In this document: piece by piece, positions 13,709 through 25,640 of the stretch | Layout: each line of letters starts with the position of its first letter | Numbering within the stretch: the stretch's first letter is position 1 | NCBI RefSeq assembly: GCF_009914755.1 | Contig: NC_060940.1 | Length of the DNA stretch: 64,000 bases | Source of the DNA: the human T2T-CHM13v2.0 reference genome, Homo sapiens | Direction: 5' to 3' (one strand) | Notes under the pieces: generated by a model | Told to the model about the DNA's origin: nothing | The model's database searches: none | What the model saw: the letters and a program-made list of their open reading frames with translations, nothing else | Made by a program: the position numbers and the translations under genes

Positions 13709-14894
13709 TTACGCACTTGTGTGTAGTTGCATTGACATTTAGGCAGACTTGCCTATTCTAGACATTTTCTTACTATGAAATGCACGTGACTAGCACAGTG
13801 TCTGGTTATTAGTCAATTCTCATTAAATATTGGCTGCATAAGGGATGGGGATCATAGGCATTCGGAATATAGGAGGATCGACTCTATTCTGGCATTATTG
13901 GATGAAAGGGGTTCTTTATTGGAACCGACTACATTTTTTTGTCCTTGGTAATATTAGTCTTACTTTGAGGCACTAGGGCATTTTGAGACTAGTGAAACTC
14001 CCATGGCCTTCAGAATTATAATTTAAATCTTCTATTCCTCCAGAACTCAGGACATTTAATTTATCATGATTCATAAAAGACCAGTAATAAACCCTGTCTT
14101 TATTTAAACGTGGGCGGCATTGACTTCCCGCTGTAGGAATTGGGTGTTCTTTATCAACGTCTCTCTATCTACTTATCACGGATCCTGCATGTGTACAAAA
14201 AGGCATCTTTGTCAGTCAGGGGGAGATTTTATTAACTAAAGGTTCATTTGTTCTTCAAGTGACACTATCTCTTTGGAATTACCAGATGTTGTTCAAACTG
14301 TGCCGGCTCTCCTTTTATTCTGATGATGGCAAATGTTGAATGTGGTGAATAAATATTGGGCACTGTCCTCGGTCATCTTAAATAAATGTGATAAAATGAA
14401 AACATGTCGCCTCTGAGGTCTCATTTGTTCCCAGGAAGTCCACGGCGCATTAAGGCCCACAGACAATGAAAGACGAATCAGCCATTCACTGGGTATTCCA
14501 TTATGAGACATTCTTGTCATTTTCCAGATTGAATTTTAGATTAATATATAGCCTGAGATAAGATGGCATGTATTGAGATGATGCCACAGTGCCATGGCCA
14601 AATTGTTTTGTTATAATCACATGATATAGAGAATTAAATGTATTGTGATGATCTGCCGTAGAAATTTGCATTTAAAAGAAAAAGTGGCAGAAAATAAATT
14701 AATAGTAAATTTCTTATGACTTAGACCTGAAGAGGCTCATGTGACTGCAGGTGTTATGTTTTGACCCTTCTTTGCTACCATGGCAAGACTGGTGACTGTC
14801 TTCTGAGGAGAAGTAGAGGAGATTTCACTTAACTGGATGATCACAGAGTTGAGGTTTTTGTCATCCATTGCTGAGCCATGTATTAAATATTCAT

Positions 14895-15114
14895 TATATA
14901 TATAAATATACACACATACGTATATATACATACGTATATATACATATATATACATATATACACATATATATACATATATATACATATATACATACATATA
15001 TACATATATACATACATATACATATATACATACATATATACATATATACATACATATACATATATACATATATACACACATATATATACACATATATATA
15101 TATACATATATATA
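14895..15114 (+). repeat. (TATACA/TA)n microsatellite, ~220 bp
   Basis: Directly visible. Confidence 0.97.
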
Positions 15115-16259
15115 ATAAAAAAGTGGGAAAGAACAATCTGGCAAAACAGACATTTTGGAATCACCATGCCCTTCTTTTTCGGGTGATGCATGACACCCAT
15201 GAATTAAGATTTAAAAGAGGATATAAAGCAGAATCTTGCTTTCACAGTGGGGAGAAGAACTTATGAATGCTTTGAAAATAATTGCTAATAATTATACTCA
15301 AATCGTATTACATCAAGAAATGGAGATGTGAACCAGACTGGGACAGTACGATTTCACAATAACAGCCACAATTTCTCTAATTTATTACATTGTCATCTGT
15401 CTTGTGATTTAACATCCTTTTTCACAGTCTGCAGTAATATATGGAATTACTAAAAGTTGGCGGCTGTCTGACGTTCAGAAATGTTGAAAGAAATGAAGTA
15501 TTTCTGTGGGTGTTGCCGAAGTCCTGTTGAAAGGGTAGTTAAGTATCGCTGATTAATTCCCATTCTATCTCTGATGAAATGGAGAAGGGGAAAATGCTCC
15601 TTTCGACCAAGTATCTCATTGCAAACTGCAGCCCAGAAGTTGCATAAGCATTTTCCTTCTTCGGTATAAATTGATTTGCTGTGAAAAATTTCAGACGGTT
15701 CCATGTCAAGGCAATGTTTTATTTCGTGGTGCAGGACAAATGTAGAGCTAAGTAGATTTGTAGGCTAATTTATTGGTCATTTTAATATTGTGTATTCTCC
15801 CCTTTGGTGTGTTAAGTACTTCCCCAATGCTTCTTCAGCGATATACTGCTTATGGCATGCCCAACTCATCTTAATTAAATTCTTTCTTGCCACAACCTCA
15901 TTTTTGCTCATGGGATACATTGCTGTCACTGTGAAACATTTTCTAGGAAAATTGAGATCTATTTTTCATAAATTAGGCTCTTTTTTAAGGCTCTCTATAT
16001 TAGTCACTTAAATTAATATTAAGTTATTATGTACTCCAAATCAGTGCTTTATAAGTCTTTCAAAAAATATCGGTTGCCCAGAAGCTTGGGAGGAGTGCGA
16101 TAGAGCTGGAGCGTAACGTGCAGGTGTGTTGGGTTAGTGATGGGTGAAATGACTCTATGTGGCTCGTCCCCACCTCCCATTGTTAGAGGCAATCAGAGAA
16201 AGCATTTTGCAAATCGAGAATAAGAAAGAGGCCTTACAGAGCATGTTGCCGCTGCTGCT

Positions 16260-17509
16260 GCTGCTCCTGGCACCCCTGCTGAGATCAGCTCAGTGCAGTC
16301 TTCTCTTTTAGAAAGAGGAGAAGAGTTTATCCTGAACTGTGCATTTTTTAGTTTTAGAAAACATGGATTTCCTGACAGGAAATGGGAAGCTTTTTGAACT
16401 GTATGACTTGAGTCATCTGTCACGTTGGAAGGACATTGGAAAAATCAGCCTCCTGATGTAGAACTTTGTCATGACTTTCAAAAGTTTCCCTACAAATTGA
16501 CACATGGGGCTTTTGGCTTTTGTCCTGGGGATATGGCAGTTGTCATGTCAATGTCTAGAAAAATTGTCCCTTATAACCAAAGATGGCTAATTAAACAAAA
16601 CAAAACGCCCAAACAGGTGCTTATTCATTCCCTCCGTCCGTCCCACTCTCACACAGGTAAAGAACGTGTTTCAGCTAAGATGATTAACATGCTTCCCCCA
16701 CCCCCACCCCCTGACTTAAATCCTCAAGCCCACTAGCTCTTGCCTTACCGCCATGCTGACTTTTACTTCCCCAAACATACCCAGCTCCTCCTGAGTGGGA
16801 CGTTGTGAGCATTCTGCTCCCTCTGTCTGGAATGTGCCCCTCCTGCCTCACCACAACCTTTGCAGAGTTAGCTTTTACTTCTCCTTTCACTCTCTACTCA
16901 AAAATGCCGCTTCCTCCAGGAAAGTCTTTCCTGGAATTCCCACCCCTAATGCAACTCCAACTCCCTAGGATAGATGAGAATATGTCTGTATTTGGTCTCA
17001 TAGTTCCTTGTACTTTTCCTCCAGTTTATATATACATATGTGTGTGTGTGTGTGTGTGTATATACATATGTGTATATATATGACTGTTTGTGTGTACATA
17101 TATATATACACAAACACACACTCACATAGTCACATGTCATGTCAATGTCTAGATAAGTTGTGCCTTATAACCAAAAGTGTCTAATTAGACAAAACACCCA
17201 AACAGGGGTTTATTCATTCTCTCAGTCTATTTCTCTCACATATATTTAGAACATGTATATGTATGTGTGTATATGTGTGTATATATACACACACACGTAT
17301 GTATACATATATAGATATAGATCCACACACAGCTGCTAGTACCACTGCTGAGATCATCTCAGCACCATCTTCTCTTTTAGAAAGAGGAGAAGAGTTTATC
17401 CTGAACTATGCATTTTTTGAGAAAACATGAATTTCATGTTGAGGAAATGGGAAGCTTTTTGAACTGTATGACTTGAGTCACCTGTCGTGTTGGAAGGACA
17501 TTGGAAAAT
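16260..17509 (+). repeat. Local rearranged duplication A-B ... B'-A'
   Basis: A 16260-16445 resembles A' 17332-17509; B 16541-16669 resembles B' 17135-17256. Confidence 0.92.
16730..17020 (+). mobile_element. L2 fragment
   Basis: ctgctccctctgtctggaatgtgccc...ttcctccaggaaagtctttcctg. Confidence 0.6.
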
Positions 17510-17665
17510 AGGACGTGTGGGTGTATGTGTATATATATACATACATACATGTATACACACACATATATGTGAATATATACCCACACACACAAATAAGTAC
17601 ATAGGTATATATCTGTGTATATATATCCCTCTATAATCTGTGTGTGTCTATATATCTATATCTCT
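17027..17665 (+). repeat. Three (TA)/(TG)/(CA) microsatellite patches (17027-17125, 17255-17330, 17515-17665)
   Basis: Directly visible; they flank the duplicated B' and A' blocks. Confidence 0.9.
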
Positions 17666-17676
17666 TTATATCCATA

Positions 17677-18640
17677 TATTGAACACCTACTATGTGCCAG
17701 GCGCTCTTCCTGCATTTGGAACTTGTTGGTGTAAAGACGACAAACTGAAGTTGTTCCCTGAAGCTCCCTTATCTGCCTAAAGTCTGGACCCACTAAAAAA
17801 GAAAACAAGAACCTCTGGTTCCTTCCCTGAGTTCTCATTAATTGAACTCATATTGCAGGAAGAAAGACTGATGTTTTCCAACCCACATGAACAGACTTTT
17901 GTCACAGGCCATTGTTCTTCAAGCCCATTGAGTTCCCGTAAAAATCACTTACTACCTATGCTAAAATCATCCACACTTTCCCATTTCCCTTTCCCCTAAG
18001 AAGAAGGATATATAACCATCTGTATCACATTGTGCGGTGGGGTAATCACTCTGTTATTCTGCCCCATGCATGGTAATCAATTCGTTTGCCATTTATCAAA
18101 AAAAAAAAAAAAAAAAAAGTCAAGCCCTCATGAAGTCAATATTCTAGTTGGGGGGAAAAACAATGAAAAGTGTGCGTGATGCCTGAGCAAATTGTGTTAG
18201 AACATGAGCAGTGCTATGGAAAAAAGAAAACCAAAACAGAAAAGGATGAGGAGGGCAGGAGAGCGGGGGTGGAAGAATCCATTGCAATTTTACATGAGGA
18301 GGAGGGGAGCCAGGGTGGACCTTACTGTGAAGGTGACATTTTGGCATAAAGCCAGCTGCATGGATTTGGAAGAGCATTCCAGGCAGTGAAAACAGTCAAA
18401 GCAAAAGATCTAAGGCTTGAGAGTAGCCCTCTGTTCAAGAGACAATAGAAGGGCCAGAGGGAGTGGAGCGGAAAATAGCAGGGAATGAGTTGAGGGAAGA
18501 AGCAAGGTGAGGAGGAGGTGCAAACCACTTAGGACTTGTAGGCATTCAGGGCCTTTGGATTTTACTTGAGTAAAATAGGGTCTTGACTTACATTTCAAAT
18601 GAATAATTTGAACTTCTGCATTGAAAGTTGATTATGAGGG
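17677..18640 (-). mobile_element. L2 3' region, interrupted by a MER34-like insert
   Basis: tattgaacacctactatgtgccagg...aagacgacaaa [insert] gtcaagccctcatgaag...attctagttgggggga...agcattccaggcag. Confidence 0.8.
17745..18118 (+). mobile_element. MER34-like ERV1 LTR fragment (U3-R) ending in poly(A)
   Basis: ttcttcaagcccattgagttccc...aaaatcatccacactttcccat...cccctaagaag...tatataa...aatcactctg; A21 at 18098-18118. Confidence 0.7.
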
Positions 18641-18654
18641 CGCTTAATGCAGTT

Positions 18655-18830
18655 TATAGCTGTGTACTTGTGTGATTATGTGGTTGATGTCTGTCTCTCT
18701 CATAGACTGTAGGCCCTAAGAGGGCTGGAGTACTGTCTGACTTGCTCTTCATGGAATCTCCAAGATCAAGCCTAGTGCTTGGCATGTTGCTGTCCAATAA
18801 ATATTTAATGTGAAAGGATAAAATGAATGC
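18655..18830 (+). mobile_element. L2 3' end
   Basis: tgtctgtctctctcatagactgta...gcctagtgcttggcatgt...aataaatattt...aatgaatg. Confidence 0.75.
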
Positions 18831-19195
18831 AGGCCACATCAAGATGATGCTAGTTGGCATTCATCCCTCAGAGGCATGTGCTGTAGATAGTCAATGTGCA
18901 AATTTCAACTTGTATCCATCCACTTAAAGACAACTTCAAACGCACCCTCCAACCACAGGCTTAAGTTGAATTATCTGCTTAATTGTTGCTATGTGCAGCT
19001 GTTTTTCATTAGTGCTGTTTTAATTTGCAGTCTATGAACTTTGATATTTGTAACAAAAAGTAATTGGATACTAGTCTGGAAGGCTTCCCTCCTTAAAATG
19101 AATATGCTTCACGCCCAAGCAAATGACTGGAAAGGTTCCCTGCTGTCTACTAGGGAAAAGATTCACGGGGGCAGGGGCTGTCCACAGCAGACCAG

Positions 19196-19384
19196 AATGT
19201 TACAGTCTGCTGGGTAAATGTTCCATGGTTTCAGAATTAATATGCATGCATTCCGTAATACATATTTACCTGGTAGTCTGTAACCATTCAGTAGAACTGT
19301 TACAGTCTAGTAAGTAAATAACATGTTTTTCAAAATTAGAACGTGTACCAAATATGTATTTACCCAATAGGCTGTAACAGTTCT
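19196..19384. repeat. Tandem pair of imperfect inverted repeats (100-bp period)
   Basis: Arms 19196-19221 / 19262-19288 and 19293-19328 / 19350-19384; the two loops are also related. Confidence 0.85.
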
Positions 19385-20084
19385 GAGGAAACCTTCCCTG
19401 TTGTTAGTCTATCAGGCTGACTTATGGATATGGGTTTAATGTTGTTTTGAATATGAACACAGTATAAAGGAAGATGTGTGATTTTTAGAAGGGCGAGGGG
19501 TTGTCATGTAGAACAAACCAATTTTAGGAGGAAAATTCAATTCAGTTGCAGAATCTGTTCCTGCTATTCTTTTCCTTTCTTTTATTTTATCTTTTTGTTT
19601 TTTCTTTTATGCTAGTTGCTGGAAGATTGCTAATGACACCAGGATGAATTTTTAAATACTGTAATTTAATTATTGGTAACATAATATGGCTTTATAAGTG
19701 ATTAGTGGACAGATTTCTGAACATGTGTAGGGGCCAGTTTTTTAGTTGCTAACCTCATGGCCTTGGAGGAATCCACAAGTTGGATTCTGGTGAATGATTT
19801 AATGACAGTATTGGCAGCACTTTGCCTAATGAGTATGTATCACTCTGGCCTAGGTAAGTCAAGCTAAAGCTAACCACATTCACATCATCCACCTAGATCT
19901 GTTATACAGGAACAAACTGTGTAGAGATCATTATGAGGCCATGTTGGTGCTTTAAGGCATGGAGTTTTCAGCGGGATATTACTCATTTCCATCGTTACTG
20001 ATGTTCAGCTGCATTTCTACTGATGTCGGCTGCATGGGTAGAGAATTAGACTCCATAGTTCAAGATAGTTCATGGGTAAGTAAC

Positions 20085-20350
20085 ATTGTAGTCAAGAGTT
20101 TGTGGCTCTGGAATCAGATGACTTGGGTGCCAGCCCTCTGAACTTGTATCAGTGATTTAACCACTTTAAGACCTGATTACCTTATCTGTACAATTAGAGA
20201 TTGCCTTATCTGCACACTAATTGTACAGAACAGTCATTGTACAGATAAGGCAACACTAGTATTCACTTTATAACATTCTTGTGAGTGAAATAGTATCCAT
20301 AAACTGTGTATCACTCTTCAGAGCACATATTGAATATTTAATAGGCATCA
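20085..20350 (+). mobile_element. MIR with a patchwork internal insertion
   Basis: ggctctggaatcaga...ccttatctgtacaat...ttcttgtgag. Confidence 0.7.
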
Positions 20351-20755
20351 TCAACTTTTGTCTATGATCACTGTGGAAATTCAGCTGTGCTGGCATACAG
20401 GAGGTATATGTAGCAGGATTAGCAAGGGTGACTCAGTCCAGGTTTCCAAGTATTTAGTTTGGAAGTAAATGAAGACACGATGTGTGTAATTGGATATATC
20501 ACTAATAGGTTATAAGTGGTTGTGCAAGTTTCTAAACATCTTGCATGTACTAATAAATACTTTTAGTTGACAAATGAGAAAGCAGCCATGAATCTGAGTC
20601 TCTTACTTGGAACCAGGTGAAACAGTGATTTATGAAATGCCCTTTAAAACTCCTTGGAGGTTCACATTCTGCACAAGTTGCTTTTTTTCTTTCTAATTGA
20701 GAAAGCTGCTATATTTTGAGTCTGTGTAAGCAACTGCAGGCCTTGATTCTTGATT

Positions 20756-20759
20756 CTTT

Positions 20760-20807
<48 letters not shown>

Positions 20808-20826
20808 TTTTTTTTTTTTTTTTTTT
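20756..20826 (+). repeat. (TTTC)n followed by poly(T)
   Basis: Directly visible. Confidence 0.95.
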
Positions 20827-21219
20827 GCATAGTTGTTACTGTTTCCTTGGGCAGAGAGCCATAGGATGAGTCCCACAACCCTTTCCTGGGTATGTCCTTC
20901 TGTGCAATGTACCTTCCATGAAGCTTACCAGCATGTTTTATCATGTGTTCAATGTCATTTGCACAATTAGACTCAGATGCTGCAGGGGCAGGGGGCCATG
21001 GAGTATACTCACTTCTTCCAAGTGCTGTTTCCCCAGGCCCAAGTGCAATGCCTGGTGCAAAATGAATACTCAGGTGGTTCCTGTGTTGTCGTCCTTTGTG
21101 ACTCTGTCTCTCTGAATTAGTTCTAGTCCATGGCACTGCGTGACTTCCAAGACAATTTTAGCATCCTGTGCAACACGCATGAGATTTAGAAGCATTGTCT
21201 GTTGACATTATTCTTTATG

Positions 21220-21420
21220 AACATTTACTGAGAGCTTACAATGGGCCAGGCACTATTCTAAGCATTTCACATCAATATTTCATAGGAATCCATTTAAGTC
21301 CATCTTATTATTACCCTCATTTATCAGATGAGAAACTGGCATCCCCCCTAGATTGGATGTGTATAAGTTATTGAGATGTAAGTCAAAAAATTTGGTGCAT
21401 CCCTAGAGCCCAGAGTCCCT
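21220..21420 (-). mobile_element. MIR
   Basis: acatttactgagagcttacaatgggccaggcact...attaccctcatttatcagatgagaaactg. Confidence 0.75.
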
Positions 21421-21489
21421 TACATCTACTCTACCTTGTCTCCCAAGGAAAATACTATGGTCAGGAGTTGGGTAAGCCGATAAAAAGAT

Positions 21490-21764
21490 GGCTGGGTGTG
21501 GTGGCTCACGCCTGTACTTCCAGCACTTTGCGAGGCCAAGGTAGGCAGATTGTTTGAGCTCAGGGGTTCACGACCGTTATCAGCAACGTGGCAAAAGCTC
21601 ATCTCTACAAAAATACAAAAAAAGTAGCCAAGCATGGTGGCACACACTGGTAGTAGGGCACACACATCAGTAGGGCTTGGGAGGTGGAGGTTGCAGTGAG
21701 CTGAGACTGAGCCACTGCAATCCAGTCTAGGAGACACAGTGGGATCCTGTCTCCAAAAAAAAAA
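21490..21764 (+). mobile_element. AluJ with an internal deletion, followed by (TA/TG)n at 21765-21857
   Basis: ggctgggtgtggtggctcacgcctg...tttgagctcaggggttc. Confidence 0.88.
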
Positions 21765-21857
21765 TATATATATATGTGTGTGTGTGTGTGTATGTATGTA
21801 TATGTATGTGTGTGTGTGTATATGTGCGTATATGTGTGTGTGTGTATATATATATAT

Positions 21858-21936
21858 CCCATTAGGTCTGCCTGCCACAGTGGGGATCATTCTTCAACAT
21901 GAGATTTGGAGGGGACAGACATGTAAACTACAGCAC
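21858..21936 (-). mobile_element. MST-type MaLR LTR 5'-end fragment
   Basis: tcaacatgagatttggaggggacagacatgtaaactacagca is the reverse of the MST start. Confidence 0.75.
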
Positions 21937-22242
21937 CCATGTTGTTTCTGCTTCTTCCCAGCAAGCTATTTCTAGCCACCCTTCACCTCCACCAACCTTA
22001 ACCTCACAATCACTTCTGGATGTTCTTGTAGCCTACACTGTGGATTGTTCTAGGCTCTTTAATTTTCTGTTTTCCACGAAAGTCTGTAAGCTTGATGAGG
22101 ATAAAAGCCATGATTGCCTTGCTTACCCTCACTGTGAATGAATGAATGGAGTGGTGCAGAAACTCAAGAGCATCATGTACATATGGAACGTGCTCTATGG
22201 TTTTTAATGAAAATATGTGGCAGTATTGGCTGGGCTGCAGTG

Positions 22243-22775
22243 CATACAGTGGAGTATTATTCAGCTATAAAAAGAGGGAAATACTGTGTTCGTAAAAACA
22301 TGGTGTGAACCCAGGAGACAGAGCTTGCAGTGAGCCGAGGTCGTGCCACTACACTCCAGCCTGGGCAACAGAGTGAGACTCTGTCTCAAAAACAAACAAA
22401 AACAAACAAACAAAAACAAACAAACAAACACATGGGTAAACCTGGGGGACACCGTGCTAAGTGAGATAAGCCAGGCACAGAATGACAAATACCGCATGAT
22501 CTCACTGATATATGGAATCTAAAAAGCTGAACTCTTGGAAGCAGAGAGTAGAAAGGTGGTTGGCAAGGTTTGGGGGTGGGGGAAATGGAGAGCTGTTGGT
22601 CAAAACACACAAATTTCAGTAAAAAGATGAACAGGTTCTGAGGATCTTGTTCCCCAGTGTGGGTGGTGATGGATGTGTTAATTTATTTGATTGCGGTAAT
22701 CATTACACAAGGCATATATAAATCATCACATTGTACACCTTGAATCTGTTCAGTCCTTATTTAAAAATTTTTTAA
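22243..22775 (+). mobile_element. L1MA/MB 3' end interrupted by a 5'-truncated Alu
   Basis: acagtggagtattattcagctataaaaag...gctaagtgagataagccaggcacaga...catcacattgtacacc. Confidence 0.85.
22300..22428 (+). mobile_element. 5'-truncated AluY-like element (right arm only)
   Basis: gtgaacccaggag...gagcttgcagtgagccgag; (AAAC)n tail; TSD ~aaaacatgg. Confidence 0.85.
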
Positions 22776-22780
22776 AATTA

Positions 22781-23075
<295 letters not shown>

Positions 23076-23176
23076 GCATTTGCAACAGGGAAGGTAAACT
23101 ACAGTGATAACAAAATACTACTCATTGTAGAAAAGACAAAGTACAAATAGCCATAGGCCCCCAAATGTGAAATGAC

Positions 23177-23702
23177 TTTTTCTTTTCTTTTCTTTTTTTT
23201 TTTTTGTCTGAGACAGAGTCTCACTCTGTTGCCCAGGCTGGAGCTCAGTGGCACGATGTTGGCTCACTGCAACCTCCATCTCCCAGATTCAAGCTGATTC
23301 TCCTGCCTCAGCCTCCCAAGTAGCTGGAACTACAGGCGCCCGCCACCATGCCTGGCTAATTTTTTGTATTTTTAGTAGAGATGGGGTTTCACCATGTTAG
23401 CCAGGACGGTCTCGATCTCCTGACCTCGTGATCCGCCTGCTTCGGCTTCCCAAAGTGCTCGGATTACAGGTGTGAGTCACTGCGCCCAGCTCCCAGATTC
23501 AAGCCGATTCTCCTGCCTCAGCCTCCCAAGTAGCTGGAACTACAGGCGCCTGCTACCACGCCTTGCTATTTTTTTGTATTTTTAGTAGAGACGGGGGTTT
23601 CACCATGTTAGCCAGGATGGTCTCGATCTCCTGACCTCGTGATCCGCCTGCTTTGGCTTTCCAAAGTGCTGGGATTACAGGTGTGAGTCACTGCACCCAG
23701 CT
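23177..23702 (-). mobile_element. AluSc-like element with an internal ~210-bp tandem duplication
   Basis: 23280-23489 repeated at 23490-23701; TSD actttttcttt. Confidence 0.92.
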
Positions 23703-23777
23703 CACTTTTTCTTTAATTTTTGCTATAAGCTCACCTGACGAAAAAAAGAGCTGGAAGGATTAGCAGCTATGTGAGGC

Positions 23778-24180
23778 TATCAATCAGGGTAAGACAGGCT
23801 ATGCTGTAGTAACACATAACCCCCAATATCCATGGCTTAAAAGAACCAATGTGCTTTGTTTTTGTTTTTGTTTTTTTCCTCACATATTTCTCTCTGTTCA
23901 TCCTGCACTGGCTGGGAGTGCTACTCTATTTGTTCTTCATGCAGGGTCACAGGTTACACCTCTTCTGCGATTACCAGGACAGAGAACAAACAGAGTTAAT
24001 TGCACACTGTTCCTTCAAGGTGTTATCCCAAAGTAATGTGTGTCATCACTGTTCAAATTTATTAGCTAAAACAAGACATTCAGCTATGCCTAAGTCCAAG
24101 TAGGCAAGGAGGTACAATCACCTCCGTTGTTTTGAAGGAGAAACATAATTTTTTGGTGAAAAGCAACTGAGATCCACCAC
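23778..24180 (-). mobile_element. Old MaLR/ERVL-type LTR (MLT1-like)
   Basis: atcagggtaagacaggctatgctgtagtaacacataacccccaatatccatggcttaaaa. Confidence 0.55.
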
Positions 24181-25334
24181 GGTGAGAAAAAGCCACAGGC
24201 CAGTCTCACAGCATCATGGCGAACAGCTATGCCTAATTGCACCTCGATTCTAGGTGTGATCCTGTCAAAAGCAGTACCTTTAAGATGTGTAGTTATAGTA
24301 TTGTCATTCTAAAATATGTAACTTTTAGGAATTTTGTGGCTAGACGTAGGGACCTCCATTTGATTTTTTTTTTCTTCTCTTCTTAGTGAGCCTAGTTTGA
24401 AATGTTGGCTTTCTTAATCTACAGAGACTTTGTCATTAATGTGTAATGAATATCTGGTTTCAAACCATAGGCTGCTTATCCCTTGACTATTTGTCGAGAC
24501 CTTTGTTTGCCGAAATACTGCTTTATTTCATTTCTTATTATCTTTAGAAGGTATTACTGATAGGTATTCATTTTGACCCCTTTACGCACACTCCTCAAGT
24601 CTGTCTTCTCCACAGGCTAAATCAGTATTCCATCCACTTTTCATCTTTACTGTTCCTGGCACTCTCATCTATATGAGAAACAGGATCTGTGTTTGACAAG
24701 CATGCTTACCCTTTGCTTACTGTTTTAATAAAAATTTCTATCAGCGTTTTTATCTGCAGTAGCAGTCGAGACACTGTTTGATATTGAGATGCTAGATTTC
24801 ATGGACTTTGAAATATTTTCCCCATATCTTTTTTGGCAAGTCTTTGAACATAGACCACAAAAAATTGACATGTTGGAGATGAATTTACAGACTCTAAGTT
24901 AACTAATGACTACCTGTCCCAGCTTAAATTGTGTTCTAGGATTGAAACATTATATTACACAGTCAAATCGTTGAAATTAATGGTCAGACTCTTCCATAAC
25001 TGAGTTAGTTTCCCATGAGACTGATACTCTATTAAATGAGCAGGCTGTCCAGATTTCTCTGCATCGCCTTTGGTTTGGGGATAATGTTGACCCAGTCTTG
25101 GCAGTTTCAAAGCAGTACCAAGCAGTCAGACTATTTTAAATGGGGAATGATGAATAGCAGCTTCCTAATCTCCAAATTTCATTCAGATACGGTATCTTAT
25201 TTCATCCCCTTTATCCTGTGAGGCAAATTATTATTGTCCTGAACACAGAGAGATGGGGAAACTGAGGCATGGATGTTACTCTGTGTGCTGAAGATTATAC
25301 AACTACTGAGTAGCTCAGGTTCGTTTGGTCTTTC

Positions 25335-25640
25335 TGTCCCTAGATAGCCTCTTGGCTGGCAGTTCTCATGATTCAGGACTCTTCTCAAATATCTCTCATG
25401 AGAGAGGCCTTTCTTGGCTGCTCCAGCCACAGAGACAGTCACCCTGGTTCTCTGCTCTGTCACCTTCATAGCACTTATTACTATTTCATTGTGTTTCTTA
25501 TGTGTCTGCTTGTTCTCAGTCTCTGTCCACTTGAGAACAAAGGAAAGGACCTTGTCTCTTTCATTTCAGCGCCACATCCCAGCACTACACCAGTGCCTGG
25601 CACCCAGTAGATATTCTGAAATGTCAGTGGATGGATGCCT
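25335..25640 (+). mobile_element. L2 3' end
   Basis: cagtgcctggcacccagtagatatt...ggatggatg. Confidence 0.7.

Noticed and set aside
14737-15266. Tyr/Ile/His/Met-rich ORFs
   Set aside because: Translations of the (TATACA)n microsatellite.
16243-16311. 22-aa signal-peptide-like micro-ORF MLPLLLLLLAPLLRSAQCSLLF
   Set aside because: The Leu run comes from a short CTG repeat; it ends in a stop with no splice donor and has no promoter evidence.
17677-18830. Oppositely oriented L2 pair as a miR-28/151-type hairpin source
   Set aside because: The L2 tails point outward and are ~1 kb apart, not the adjacent tail-to-tail geometry.
19196-19384. CRISPR-like repeat-spacer reading of the twin hairpins
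   Set aside because: Only two diverged units with homologous loops, primate context, and no cas genes.
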